The notes: generated by a model not told the origin, from the sequence alone. Positions 53,081 to 63,345 are shown, counted from the first letter of the stretch. The stretch: 64,000 nt of DNA from Tubulanus polymorphus (GCF_964204645.1 NC_134030.1:22280210-22344209); one strand, 5' to 3'. Numbers and translations are program-made.

Positions 53081-54539
53081 ATGGATGTAGAAGGTGGAGA
53101 AGATATTGGAATGGATAATTTTGATGAACCTGGCATAACTGATGAACAACCACCTGATTTTGATGAAACAAGTTTTAATGATGGTAATGAGCCAGAATAT
53201 AATAATAATTTGAATATGCCTGATTATATTAAAAATGCAGAATCACAATTAAATCCTGAAAATTTAGACCCAGATTTAGTAAAACAAGATTTAGATAATT
53301 TAAACAAAATACCTAAATTAGAAGATTTAATTGAAAAATCTAAACTTAACATAAATGATGAAGACGTTGGACTTTTAGCAGATCAATTAAAAATTTTTAG
53401 ATAATGGTAAATGTTATTATCGTTTGAAAGGTGATTATTATATTGATATCACTTATAAAAATAATAAAAATAAAATATTATCAGAATCAACTTTAGAAAA
53501 ATTAAAACCAGATAGAATTAAAATAATAAGTAATAGTAATGAAATAACTGATGTTACACAAAAAGAAATAGATGATAATATAGACGTATTTAAACAAAGA
53601 ATTAATGAATTATTTGAAATAATCAAAAAGAAATCAGAAACAGAAACAACTTCTGAACAGAATATAACTTCAAAAAATAGTAAACTTAAATCAAATAAAG
53701 TTCCAACTGAAAAACTTTTACCGAATGGATTAATTGATGCAACAGATCAAGAATTAGAAGATTTAGATATATTTTCTGATAAAGCAATTAGAGAAATTAT
53801 TAGTATAAGACTTACATCTGATAAAATTGCGCATGATAAAAGTATAAGAGATTTTAAAATTAGAACTTTAGAAAAAGAATTAACTGATAAAAATAAAGAA
53901 ATAGAACAATCAAAATTAGATAGAGATAATAAAGTTATTGAAGAAATTGAATTTAAAAAAAGAAATGCATATTTAGAAAAAGAAATTGATGATTTAGAAT
54001 ATAACATAGAATTACAAAAAGAAGAAATTAAATTATTATTAAAATCATATGATTATAATATTAATAGATTAAAAGTTATTTTTTAAGATTTGTTGATAAA
54101 ACCAAATTCTGAAATATCATTAAAAGACAGAATAAGATTATTATTTAAATTAGAAGGTATAACAATTCTTTCAATTCTAACAGCTGTAACTATGTTATTT
54201 ACAACAATTGGTTTAGCAATATCAAATGCTTTGAAATCTACTCCTACTCCCAATAAACCGGATAAACCCCCGAATGATAATAATTCTATACAAGATAAAG
54301 TTAAGGATGGTTTAAAGAAATTAGCAAAATATTTATGGGAACTATCTAAAAAATCTGCTGCAGCATTGCCAGGAGTTATTGCATCAATTGTTGGTTTTAT
54401 ATTGAAATCTGCTGGGAATATTCTTAACTTTGCTGCTGAACATATTATTTTATTTTTAATTACAGTTGTAAGTGCTATTATTTTTGGGTTAGTAAATATG
54501 ATATCAAAAAGGTATCAAGAAAAAAATAATGAAAAATAA
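53081..54539 (+). pseudogene. Polinton acidic/coiled-coil membrane protein, fragmented
   Basis: Fragments 53081-53404, 53424-54086 and 54090-54539 (the last two in frame across one stop); long coiled coil followed by hydrophobic segments. Confidence 0.6.
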
Positions 54540-54563
54540 ATAATTAATTTTTTTGTTTAATAA

Positions 54564-55811
54564 ATGAGTGGGAGTTATATAAGTCCTTCTAAGATTTCTA
54601 GAATATCTAATGCTATTAAAGCAGAAAGATCACATCATATAATTACTCATAACCCTTCAAATATTAATCCCGATGAAACTTTATATGTTAGAATTCCTAG
54701 ATTAACACAAAATACTTTTTATGTTCCGAATAGTATTTATTTATCAGCTGATATAAAAGTAACTGGCCATGATAACAATTATGTTGTTGATAATGTTGGA
54801 AGATATTTGATTAAAAAATTAACTATAAAGATTGGTCCGGAAACAGTTTTCTCATTTGATGATTATAATTTATTTATGCAATATAAAGATTTATGGTTAA
54901 CTAAAGAAAATAGAAATAATATGATATTTCAGGGTATTCAATCGGAAAACCATAATAAATTAAGATCAGGAGCTAATGACGCAATAGTAACTCGTGCCAC
55001 AGATAATTTGATTAAAAAGATTTATGGAAGCAAATATAAAATTCCATTAGACTTTGAATTGATAAATGATAATGCACCTTTATATAAATACGCAATTCAA
55101 GAAGATATTATATTTGAGATAACATTTGCTCCAGTAAATGAAATTGTATTATCTAGCGTTAATAAAGATATGGGTTATAAATTATCGAATATACGTTTAG
55201 AATATAACACAGTAACTAATGAAAATATTGCTAGCACAATTCAAACTCAATACAATCAAGGATTTTCATTATTATATGATTATATTGATAAATTTAAAAC
55301 TGTATTTATTAATGCAAATGATGAAATAATTAATGAGAATATTAACTTCCCAAGAAGATCTATTAAAGGTATATTAATATTTTTTACCATTGCAACATAT
55401 TCTAATGGCGCAATAAAGGTTGATAATTATTATAATCCTGAAATAACAAAAGTAGAAATAAATATTGAAGGAATAGCAAATAAAATATTTTGTCAAGGAA
55501 TGAGAATGATTGATCAATGGCCAGAAATTAGAAAACATTTTATGAATGAAAAAGTAAAATCATTTGAAAATTGTAATATTAATCAAATTGATTATTATAC
55601 CGGCAATAAATATGCATTATGGTTACATTTTAGAACAACAGAGGATAATTCATTACATGGTTCTGGGAAAAAACTACAGAACACTAAAGATGGAATACAA
55701 TTATTCATGGCGAAGAAAAGAGGAGACAAAAATTTCAAAATGCACATTTATATTATATCTGACGCACAATTAAATATTATAAATTCACAATTAGATAGTA
55801 TTCAATATTAG
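54564..55811 (+). CDS. Major capsid protein (double jelly-roll), intact 415 aa
   Basis: Size, beta-rich composition, position next to integrase and ATPase, and motifs NPSNINPDETLYVRIP and NVGRYLIKKLTIKIG resembling Polinton-like MCPs. The fold is inferred. Confidence 0.7.
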   Translation: MSGSYISPSKISRISNAIKAERSHHIITHNPSNINPDETLYVRIPRLTQNTFYVPNSIYLSADIKVTGHDNNYVVDNVGRYLIKKLTIKIGPETVFSFDDYNLFMQYKDLWLTKENRNNMIFQGIQSENHNKLRSGANDAIVTRATDNLIKKIYGSKYKIPLDFELINDNAPLYKYAIQEDIIFEITFAPVNEIVLSSVNKDMGYKLSNIRLEYNTVTNENIASTIQTQYNQGFSLLYDYIDKFKTVFINANDEIINENINFPRRSIKGILIFFTIATYSNGAIKVDNYYNPEITKVEINIEGIANKIFCQGMRMIDQWPEIRKHFMNEKVKSFENCNINQIDYYTGNKYALWLHFRTTEDNSLHGSGKKLQNTKDGIQLFMAKKRGDKNFKMHIYIISDAQLNIINSQLDSIQY

Positions 55812-55841
55812 AAATATAAAGTTAAAATTAACGATATATAA

Positions 55842-56966
55842 ATGAGGGTAAAAAAACTCCTAATACTAAAGAACAATATTTAAGAAATTTATATTACAAC
55901 CCCGAGAGTTCGGTTGCTTATTCTTCTACCAAAAATATATGGCGTCAAGTAAAACAAGATAAATTAGATAAGATAATCCCACACAATTTAGTTAAATATA
56001 AAGATATAAATGAATTTATGTTAGAACAACCAACATATACAACACAAAAAAATTGTTAGAAAATGTAAAACTCGTAAAACTATGGTAAGTTATGTAGATC
56101 AACAGTGGCAAGGAGATTTAATTGATATGAAAAATGTTAAGTAAGATAATGATGATTATTGGTGGTTATTGAATATAATTGATATTTTTAGTCGTTATGT
56201 ATGGAGTTTCCCACTTTATAGAAAAGATGCTGTACAAACATCAAATGTTTTAAGAAAATTTCTTTCGGATGATAAACTAAAACCAGAAAAAATACAATTT
56301 GATGATGGAAAAGAGTTTGATAATTCACTTGTTCATGAACTCTTAGATAATCATAATATTAATTATTTTTCAACAAAATCGGATAAAAAAGCAGCAGTTG
56401 TTGAACGATTTAATAGAACATTAAGAACAAGAATGTGGAAATATTTTACAGCAAATAATACTTTTAAATGGATTGATGTTTTACCAAAATTGATAGAAGG
56501 ATATAATAATTCCTATCATTCTTCTATTGGAATGAAACCTATTGATGCTAGAAAACCTGAAAATGCTGAAATTGTTTGGAATAATTTATATGGAGCATTT
56601 CTTGTAGATGATTTTGGTGAACCTAAATTTAAAGTTGGTAAAAATGTTAGAATTTCTAAGTATAAAAAGATATTTGATAAAGGATACGATCGAAATTTTA
56701 CTAGAGAAATATATAAAATAAAAAAGGTAATAACAACAAAACCATATGTCTATAAATTAGAAGATTTAGATGGTGAATAAGTTGATGGCTACTTTTACGA
56801 AGAAGAATTAAGTTTAACTACTGAAAATCTAGAACAAGAATATAAAATTGAAAAAGTATTAAAAACAAAAACTATTAAAAGAAAAAAATATTCTTTAGTA
56901 AAATGGGTTGGATGGCCAGATAAATTCAATGAATGGATATTATCAAGTAAAATTAAAAATATATAA
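55842..56966 (+). pseudogene. int: Retroviral-like (rve) DDE integrase with C-terminal chromodomain, disrupted
   Basis: QWQGDLIDM, IDIFSRYVW, IQFDDGKEF, KAAVVERFNRTLR; chromodomain YKIEKVL...LVKWVGWPDKFNEWI after an in-frame stop at 56780. Confidence 0.92.
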
Positions 56967-57575
56967 ATGAATAAAGAATTATTAATATTTGAGCCTCATA
57001 ATATGTTAATATCTGGCGTAACAAATTGTGGAAAAACTTATTTTATATTAAATTTATTAGAAACTGTTTATGAAAACTATTTTGATAATATAGTATTATT
57101 TTGCCCAACATATGAATTTAATCAAACTTATGATAGAAATATTACTAGAAATAATAAATTTATTATATTAGATCCTAAAACAGTAAAAGAAAATTTAGAT
57201 AATTGTATTAAAATAGCAATTGATATTTATAAAGGATCAAATACATTATTCATTATAGATGATTGTGCTAATTTACATGATTCAAAAGTGAGAGAAAGTG
57301 AGATATGTTATCTAGCTTTCTCTGGGAGACATTTCGGGATAACAACATGGGTTTTAAATCAAAAATATAATTCAATTGTTAAAGACTTTAGGGAGAATAT
57401 AAGATTTCTAGTTTTATTTTATAATAAAGATAGAAAATCGATGAAAAATGCACTTGAGGAAAATGATGTTATTCCACATGATTTACATAATGAATATATG
57501 GATAAGTTGAAAAATATTAAAAGATCAAAATTACTATATAGATTACAACACCCATTTAAATATGAATTTATTTAA
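56967..57575 (+). CDS. A32/FtsK-like genome packaging ATPase, intact
   Basis: Walker A SGVTNCGKT, Walker B LFIIDD, GRH..ITTWVLNQKY. Confidence 0.9.
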   Translation: MNKELLIFEPHNMLISGVTNCGKTYFILNLLETVYENYFDNIVLFCPTYEFNQTYDRNITRNNKFIILDPKTVKENLDNCIKIAIDIYKGSNTLFIIDDCANLHDSKVRESEICYLAFSGRHFGITTWVLNQKYNSIVKDFRENIRFLVLFYNKDRKSMKNALEENDVIPHDLHNEYMDKLKNIKRSKLLYRLQHPFKYEFI

Positions 57576-57576
57576 A

Positions 57577-57755
57577 TTCAACTAGCTTGTTAATCTAGTT
57601 TAATTCTAGTTACATTCTAGTTGAATTCTAGTTGATAGTAGTTGAAACAAAAATCAACTAGATTTAACTAGAAATAAACAAAAACAACAATATTTCAACT
57701 AGCTTATTAATCTAGTTGAATTCTAGTTACATTCTAGTTGAATTCTAGTTGCAAC
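57577..57755. repeat. CTAGTT/AACTAG direct and inverted repeat cluster inside the Polinton
   Basis: Block ttcaactagctt.ttaatctagtt.aattctagttacattctagttgaattctagttg occurs twice (about 57577 and 57694). Confidence 0.85.
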
Positions 57756-57782
57756 AACACAACTAATTTAATTGTTATATAA

Positions 57783-58388
57783 ATGGGAGGTGAAAAGAAA
57801 ATGAAATCTAAAAATGGTGATGTTCCAATTGAAAAAACTTTAGATGATTTAGGAATAACAGAAAACAAATTAACTCCAGATGATGGTGTTTTAAATAATG
57901 TTACAACAAATAATAATTATGAATATTATCTTTATTGTAAACATCAATTAGAAATATTAATAGCATCTGGAAAATTTAAAAATTTTGTCGGTAAAAATTT
58001 AACTTATAATGAATTAGATACAATGAAATCAGATGAAATTATTAGATTATTTAAGATTTATGAAGCCGCGAGAACAGCTAGAATTAATGACGCGATATCA
58101 GAAAATGTAGTAAAAGGTTATAGTAAATTATGTAATTATATACTACCAATTGAAGATGAAAATAGATTATATTCCGATTTAAAAAATGATTATTTAGTTA
58201 TGACTGAATTAAATAAATGGATTGGATATTTATCATTTCAATTAGGCGGATTTATGACATTATTATCAACCGGGGTTATAACATTTTCAAAAATTGAAAG
58301 TAAAAATATTTCTATAATAAATGAGCGAGGTGAAAGAAGTGAAGGAATTAACTGTGAAGAAAAAACCGAGAACTCAGAAACAAATTGA
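57783..58388 (+). CDS. Polinton hypothetical protein
   Basis: 201-aa ORF with TAAATG start. Confidence 0.7.
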   Translation: MGGEKKMKSKNGDVPIEKTLDDLGITENKLTPDDGVLNNVTTNNNYEYYLYCKHQLEILIASGKFKNFVGKNLTYNELDTMKSDEIIRLFKIYEAARTARINDAISENVVKGYSKLCNYILPIEDENRLYSDLKNDYLVMTELNKWIGYLSFQLGGFMTLLSTGVITFSKIESKNISIINERGERSEGINCEEKTENSETN

Positions 58389-58689
58389 ATGGTCTCGACA
58401 ATTAGGAATTAAATCACAAGAATATAAAAAAGCTGTAAAAGAAAAAATAAGTAATAAAAATGTTAATAAAAATAGTGAAAATATTGTTATTTCTACTCCT
58501 TCTGATAATAGAATATTTGATAAATGTCTATATTTTACAGTTGGATTTGTAATTGTATTCATTTTGATTGGGTATAATTGGTATAAGAAATCAAATAAAA
58601 TTCATGATATTAATAATTCTGAAACAACTGCTATCAAAAATGAAAATACTTCTGAAATTCCGAAATTGATAATAAAAAAAATGGATTAA
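58321..58689 (+). CDS. Polinton basic single-TM protein
   Basis: 122 aa, TAAATG start, TM CLYFTVGFVIVFILIGYNW. Confidence 0.7.
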   Translation: MSEVKEVKELTVKKKPRTQKQIEWSRQLGIKSQEYKKAVKEKISNKNVNKNSENIVISTPSDNRIFDKCLYFTVGFVIVFILIGYNWYKKSNKIHDINNSETTAIKNENTSEIPKLIIKKMD

Positions 58690-59140
58690 TATTTTAGAAA
58701 AAAAGCAAAAAAAATAATTTTTTTTAATTAATTGAATATCTCACTACTTTTGTCTATCTATGCGGAGCAATTTAATTGTCCAGATAAGTCATTTCGGATT
58801 CTAGATATTCATTATTTTTATTAATTTATTTTGTTTTTACTTGAATATTGTATTACAGTCGTTTCTTATTATTAGTTTTTTCTTAAATTGAAAGATGGCA
58901 GCACTGGGTGTGATGCTAAAATGAATATTTGAATTTGAATTTGAATTTGTTTATCAATTAACATAGTAATTGATTACTAATTTGATTAAAATTTATATCA
59001 TAATTAAGTTAAAAATCCATAATTCATTTATCAGTTTTCATTGTTATATTCTTTTCATTCGGAATAATTTATAATTTCAAATTTCACATATTTTTTTAAC
59101 ACCAGCAACATTTACTTAGGTGTTTTAGCTAAGTATATAA

Positions 59141-59580
59141 GGCAATTCAACCACTGGAGTGCCGCCGGGCTTGGCTTGCAGGGGCGTTTCGAAAATGCAC
59201 CTTTGTCCACCCTCCGTGGTTCTCCTTCAGTTTCGACTTTCGATCCTCCTTTCGGGGGTAAGGGGTTGATAGGAAATGCATTAGGCGCCTCTAATATAAT
59301 GTGTTTTTGAAGGAGAATTGGTGAGGTGTGGGTCACAGGGGTGTAAGTAGAAATGCTTGGGGATAGGTATCTCGTGGCGCCTCTCAATAACGGGATGCTT
59401 ATCCCCTAAAAACTCTGCGAGTCAAGTCGGGTGGTTTTGCTAAAACTTACCGTAAAAACATTGAAATATTCCTTTTAATCACGAGAGAGAATGATGACTA
59501 TCCTCCTGTCGTCACGGCCGAGCTAATTTGAATAAACCTCGCTTTCAGCAACCAATGAAAACGTGGTAGTTCAATGCCGG
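59141..59580 (+). ncRNA. Candidate structured non-coding RNA of unknown class
   Basis: GC-rich island; at least six nested helices found by eye whose non-Watson-Crick pairs are almost all G-U on the + strand. Ends uncertain. Confidence 0.55.
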
Positions 59581-59803
59581 CTAACTGGCCTGTGTGTGTT
59601 GTATGTACTGCGTGCTTATTATATAACTGCTAGCTATCCAATATAACAACAACGTTGTGCAACACCTGTTTGATTGATCAATATTCAAATGAAGCACTCT
59701 CTTATAATAACATGTAACAGATGTTTGACTGTATGATTGTAGTTGTTCGTAAAACAACTAAGGTCATTTTGGATTCTAGATATTCATTATTTTTATTTCT
59801 TAT

Positions 59804-60130
59804 TTAATCAACAATTTCTAAATCATGATGACCGTCTTCATTTTTCCCATGATAGATTATTTTAAATCCTTCTAAATCTTTTAATTCCTCTGTACTCAAT
59901 GAAACCCATTTATCGGGTAAAAATACTTTAAATTCTCGCGATGTACTAACATTACAGTAGCTTAAATTAGCTGATACTTTCTCTCCATATTTAGTTTTTA
60001 TCTTTTCTAATTTCAATATTTTATGTTCAATTTCTTTTGTAACATCAACTAACTTTTTTATTTCAAATTGTTTTTTTGCTGGTTTTATTCTGTTATTTAT
60101 TGTTGCTAAGAATGCTTTTCTATCTCCCAT
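59804..60130 (-). CDS. Polinton right-terminal hypothetical protein (108 aa)
   Basis: Intact ORF whose ATG lies within the right TIR. Confidence 0.7.
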   Translation of the reverse strand: MGDRKAFLATINNRIKPAKKQFEIKKLVDVTKEIEHKILKLEKIKTKYGEKVSANLSYCNVSTSREFKVFLPDKWVSLSTEELKDLEGFKIIYHGKNEDGHHDLEIVD

Positions 60131-60215
60131 TCATTAGGAAAAGAAATTACTTGTGGTGATGAGTGGTGTCTCGTCCTCTCGTCCTCTGGTATGAAAGCCC
60201 ACTTTCCCTATTACT
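60123..60215 (-). repeat. Right terminal inverted repeat
   Basis: Reverse complement of 42877-42969; ends ...CCCTATTACT followed by the TSD CTGGTT. Confidence 0.97.
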
Positions 60216-60387
60216 CTGGTTCGCTCTTTTAGACCGTCCCAAATTAGACCGGTCTAGTTTGGAACGGTATTTTTGCCTGTGTTAACACTGTAATGTAATA
60301 CAGGAAACTCTGCGCTCTTCTCAAATATATTCAAAATGTAATTGAGATCTATATTGAACATATTCAAACAATTCTTTTTTTACTTAC

Positions 60388-60711
60388 ACGTAACGTCCAT
60401 TTTAGTTTGATGTAGTATTTGATTTTGAAGTGGAAGCTCTATGCCATTACACTTCCACAATTGACATTGAATCAATGTTGCGTACATCACGTCTCTATAA
60501 TCCAGCCGATTCCTGTTGACAACTCCATCTTTCACCGGAATATTTACGCCTGGTGGAATAGGGGAGAATTCATTCATGCCTTCAGTAAATCCATCAGCAT
60601 ACCATTTTACGTTCATGTTTGCATTACCAATCTTACTAATGGCTTTACAAGTACAAGCCAGTGATGGTTGGAATTGAGCCACCTTACACGGGTTTTCACG
60701 TATCTTTATAC
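60388..60711 (-). CDS. Ig-like exon type A, probably an upstream exon of Ig gene 3
   Basis: Paralog of 7440-7766; TATAG/GTAAG boundaries; open frame. Confidence 0.7.
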
Positions 60712-63189
60712 CTATAACAGATTTACATGAAAACATTCACAAATCAAATCGATCGGAGTCAAACGAAAAGCATTAACTCTTAAATCGATTTAAGATGAAA
60801 TGAATGAATGAATCAGTAGAACATAGAGACAGATAGTACTTCACTCGTTCACCTGATGAAGTTACTAGATATTAGTAGCGAAAGCTCGAATCCTAAATAA
60901 ACTACATGTATTTTAACTTTAAAGTACTATCTGGCTCAATGTTTTATTGATGCAACACAAATTTAACACGGCAACCGTCATCTACGGCAGCGTTCTATTT
61001 AAGAAAAAAAATTTCGAAGTTAATTCCGAGTTTATAACTCGGAATAAACTAGTTTTCTCAGTTAAATGTGATTTTCGAGTTTGGAGTTTATTCCGAGTTA
61101 CAAACTCGGAATAATTTGTAATTTCTTTTTATTTAGGTTACTCATGTATCTACCCTAGACAAATCTTCAGCCCAAAAACTGACCCTCAAATTCAATGCCA
61201 AATTCAAGATGGCCGACTGGCAGCCATTGTTGTTCGCCAAAATAAGCACTTTTTACACATTTTTGAAATTTTGAAGATGTTTCTATCAATTATCTTGATC
61301 TTTTTGATGTATTTGTATCCTCCAAGGGCCCACCAGCATGAGAATAATTCGGTCGAACAGACTCAAGATGGCCGATCTTTGACCCTTTCTGTGCCCAAAA
61401 AAAATGTCAACTTTGCCCGAATTGTGAGTCCTGTAGCTTCTTACAGGTTTGACATTTCTCATTGCAATTTGTGGCTATAGAATGGGATCATTTATTATAA
61501 CTAAGACAGGTATTTTTGATCAGCCAATTGTCACGCAATTGGCAGTCTTCTTTGTGTCACCAGTACTCATTCGCAAGTGGAATATAGTTTTTCCACATTA
61601 TATTGATACCTAAGCGTATTTTGTTACCACAATCGATTGCAAAGTTGTAGCTTATAACGTGTTCTATGATTTAGGTGAGTTTCAAGGTCATCGGTTTTTT
61701 GTATATGGCCACCAGGGGGCGTTGAATTATACAATAACTTAGTATTTCGGTACGTATATGCACATTTGGTTACCACAATCATTTGCTAAGTTGTAGCTCA
61801 TGGCATGGTCTATGATTGTGGTAAGTTTTTAAGGTCATTAGTTATACTAAATGGTCACCAGGGGCGGTGAATAGTAGAATAACTTAGTATTTCCATGTCA
61901 TTTTATTATGGAAATCACAAAACTTGATATAAGTAAATAAACATATGTGCAATACGCCAACCTGCACGCTTAATTCTACGACTGTTGGATAAAGAATTGT
62001 GGTCGCAATTTGTAGTCAATAGCCCTTTACAAAATGCCTGTGATGGATGGTTTAAGCGGGTAACTCATATGGTTCTCCGGGAGCACATCGCCGGAAACGC
62101 ATTTTCATCGCTATCTTCGTTATCCTCCAGGCTTTTCCCCCTAAACCTCATCAGTACATTTTATGTATTTGCCCTTTAAGGATCCACTAATCCAGTTACT
62201 CTTACTTACTCTTGTGTAAGAGAATGTTCGCTTACACTTCAATCAACGTCAATCAAAACAATCACCGGGTATTAAAATGAAACAATACCTATGGCGGATC
62301 TGTGAAATGATTACATCCTCACCAGCAATGAGCGTTTGAAATTCGCACGTATACGGCACCTAGTCCAGTGAAACGTTCGCCATTTTGGATTCCCATATTT
62401 ATTTTAGTAGCGCCGTATATCCCGAAAATAGCCAATCACATTCGCGCGTAGAGACAACGCCCCCCAATTGCAATTTTATACGCAAGAGCTAAGAATCTTC
62501 CCGCCAAAAACAGTTTTTCGTTGAAATTTACCGACGAAGGTTCGCCATGTTTTCAATCGCATGGATTATACTTTAAAGACGTTTAAGCCGAGAACCAATG
62601 AAACAAATGCTCACATAAACCACATAAACTAGAAAGAAACTTTTTAATAGGACGACGGAGACATAGAAATTCAAACTTGAACTAAGGGTGAAGATGAGTT
62701 CGGTTGGTTGGTAGTGCTTTTCAAAAGCGTTTGCAAGTCTGGTCCAAACGAAGTTCCACTGTTTTAGATAAAGAGTTGAGACTATAGTCAGCCTACAATG
62801 CAATTTTAAGGTATTACATAGATTGAAGGCAAAACGAAGCAGTTGGCACTCCTAAGTTTGAAAACTAGACCAGAGGCCTATCAAGGGAAACTTGGTACAA
62901 CTGTGGAAATATCCCGATTTACGATTTACAAACGCAAACAACAGAATTGGAATCCAAAAGTTTATTACGTTACGTATGTAAAAGTATAACTAAAGATATA
63001 ATTACGACACCCCAGCTGTTACAAATCTGTGCCGAGACCAATGTGGTCGCGCCGCCGCCCGCCTGGAAAGAGAGCGAGTCCCGCCTTATATACCGGGCTG
63101 ACAATAGAAGTAGATCGACTGTGCATTCTTTTCATGACAAGGCCCCGAGGCTCGATATTACATCAGATACGATTAGAGGGATTGAGAAA

Positions 63190-63345
63190 TGAAGGTATCA
63201 TTTTAGCAATGGTGCATGGATCAGATTCAAAATTGACACAGGGTCTCAGGTAAACATACGTGAATGAGGTTTTAACCATAACACATCGAACCCCAGATAT
63301 CCTCAGGCTAATGGGCACGCAGAAAAATTCGTACAGATATCATAT
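63190..63345 (+). mobile_element. Gypsy-like pol remnant (protease motif next to an integrase motif)
   Basis: IRFKIDTGSQVNI followed within about 10 nt by GFNHNTSNPRYPQANGHAEKFVQI. Confidence 0.65.

Larger units (their letters stand above)
42877..60215. mobile_element. Full-length Polinton/Maverick (group-2-type pPolB) endogenous virus, 17,339 bp
   Basis: 93-bp TIRs beginning AGTAATAGGG; 6-bp TSD CTGGTT (42871-42876 and 60216-60221); pPolB, integrase, packaging ATPase and capsid genes; intronless and very AT-rich. Confidence 0.97.

Noticed and set aside
59112-59387. 91-aa minus-strand ORF in the GC-rich island
   Set aside because: Non-ATG start, no TAAATG motif, composition unlike other Polinton genes; better explained by the structured sequence on the + strand.
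59141-59580. Known ribozyme, group I intron, RNase P or SRP RNA
   Set aside because: I could not find hammerhead CUGANGA/GAAA cores, group I P7 motifs or RNase P/SRP signatures by eye, so it is left unclassified.
42877-60215. Contaminating free virus, or a bacterial/archaeal contig suggested by the intein
   Set aside because: A perfect 6-bp TSD and host Ig exons on both sides show a genuine chromosomal integration, subject to read-level confirmation.
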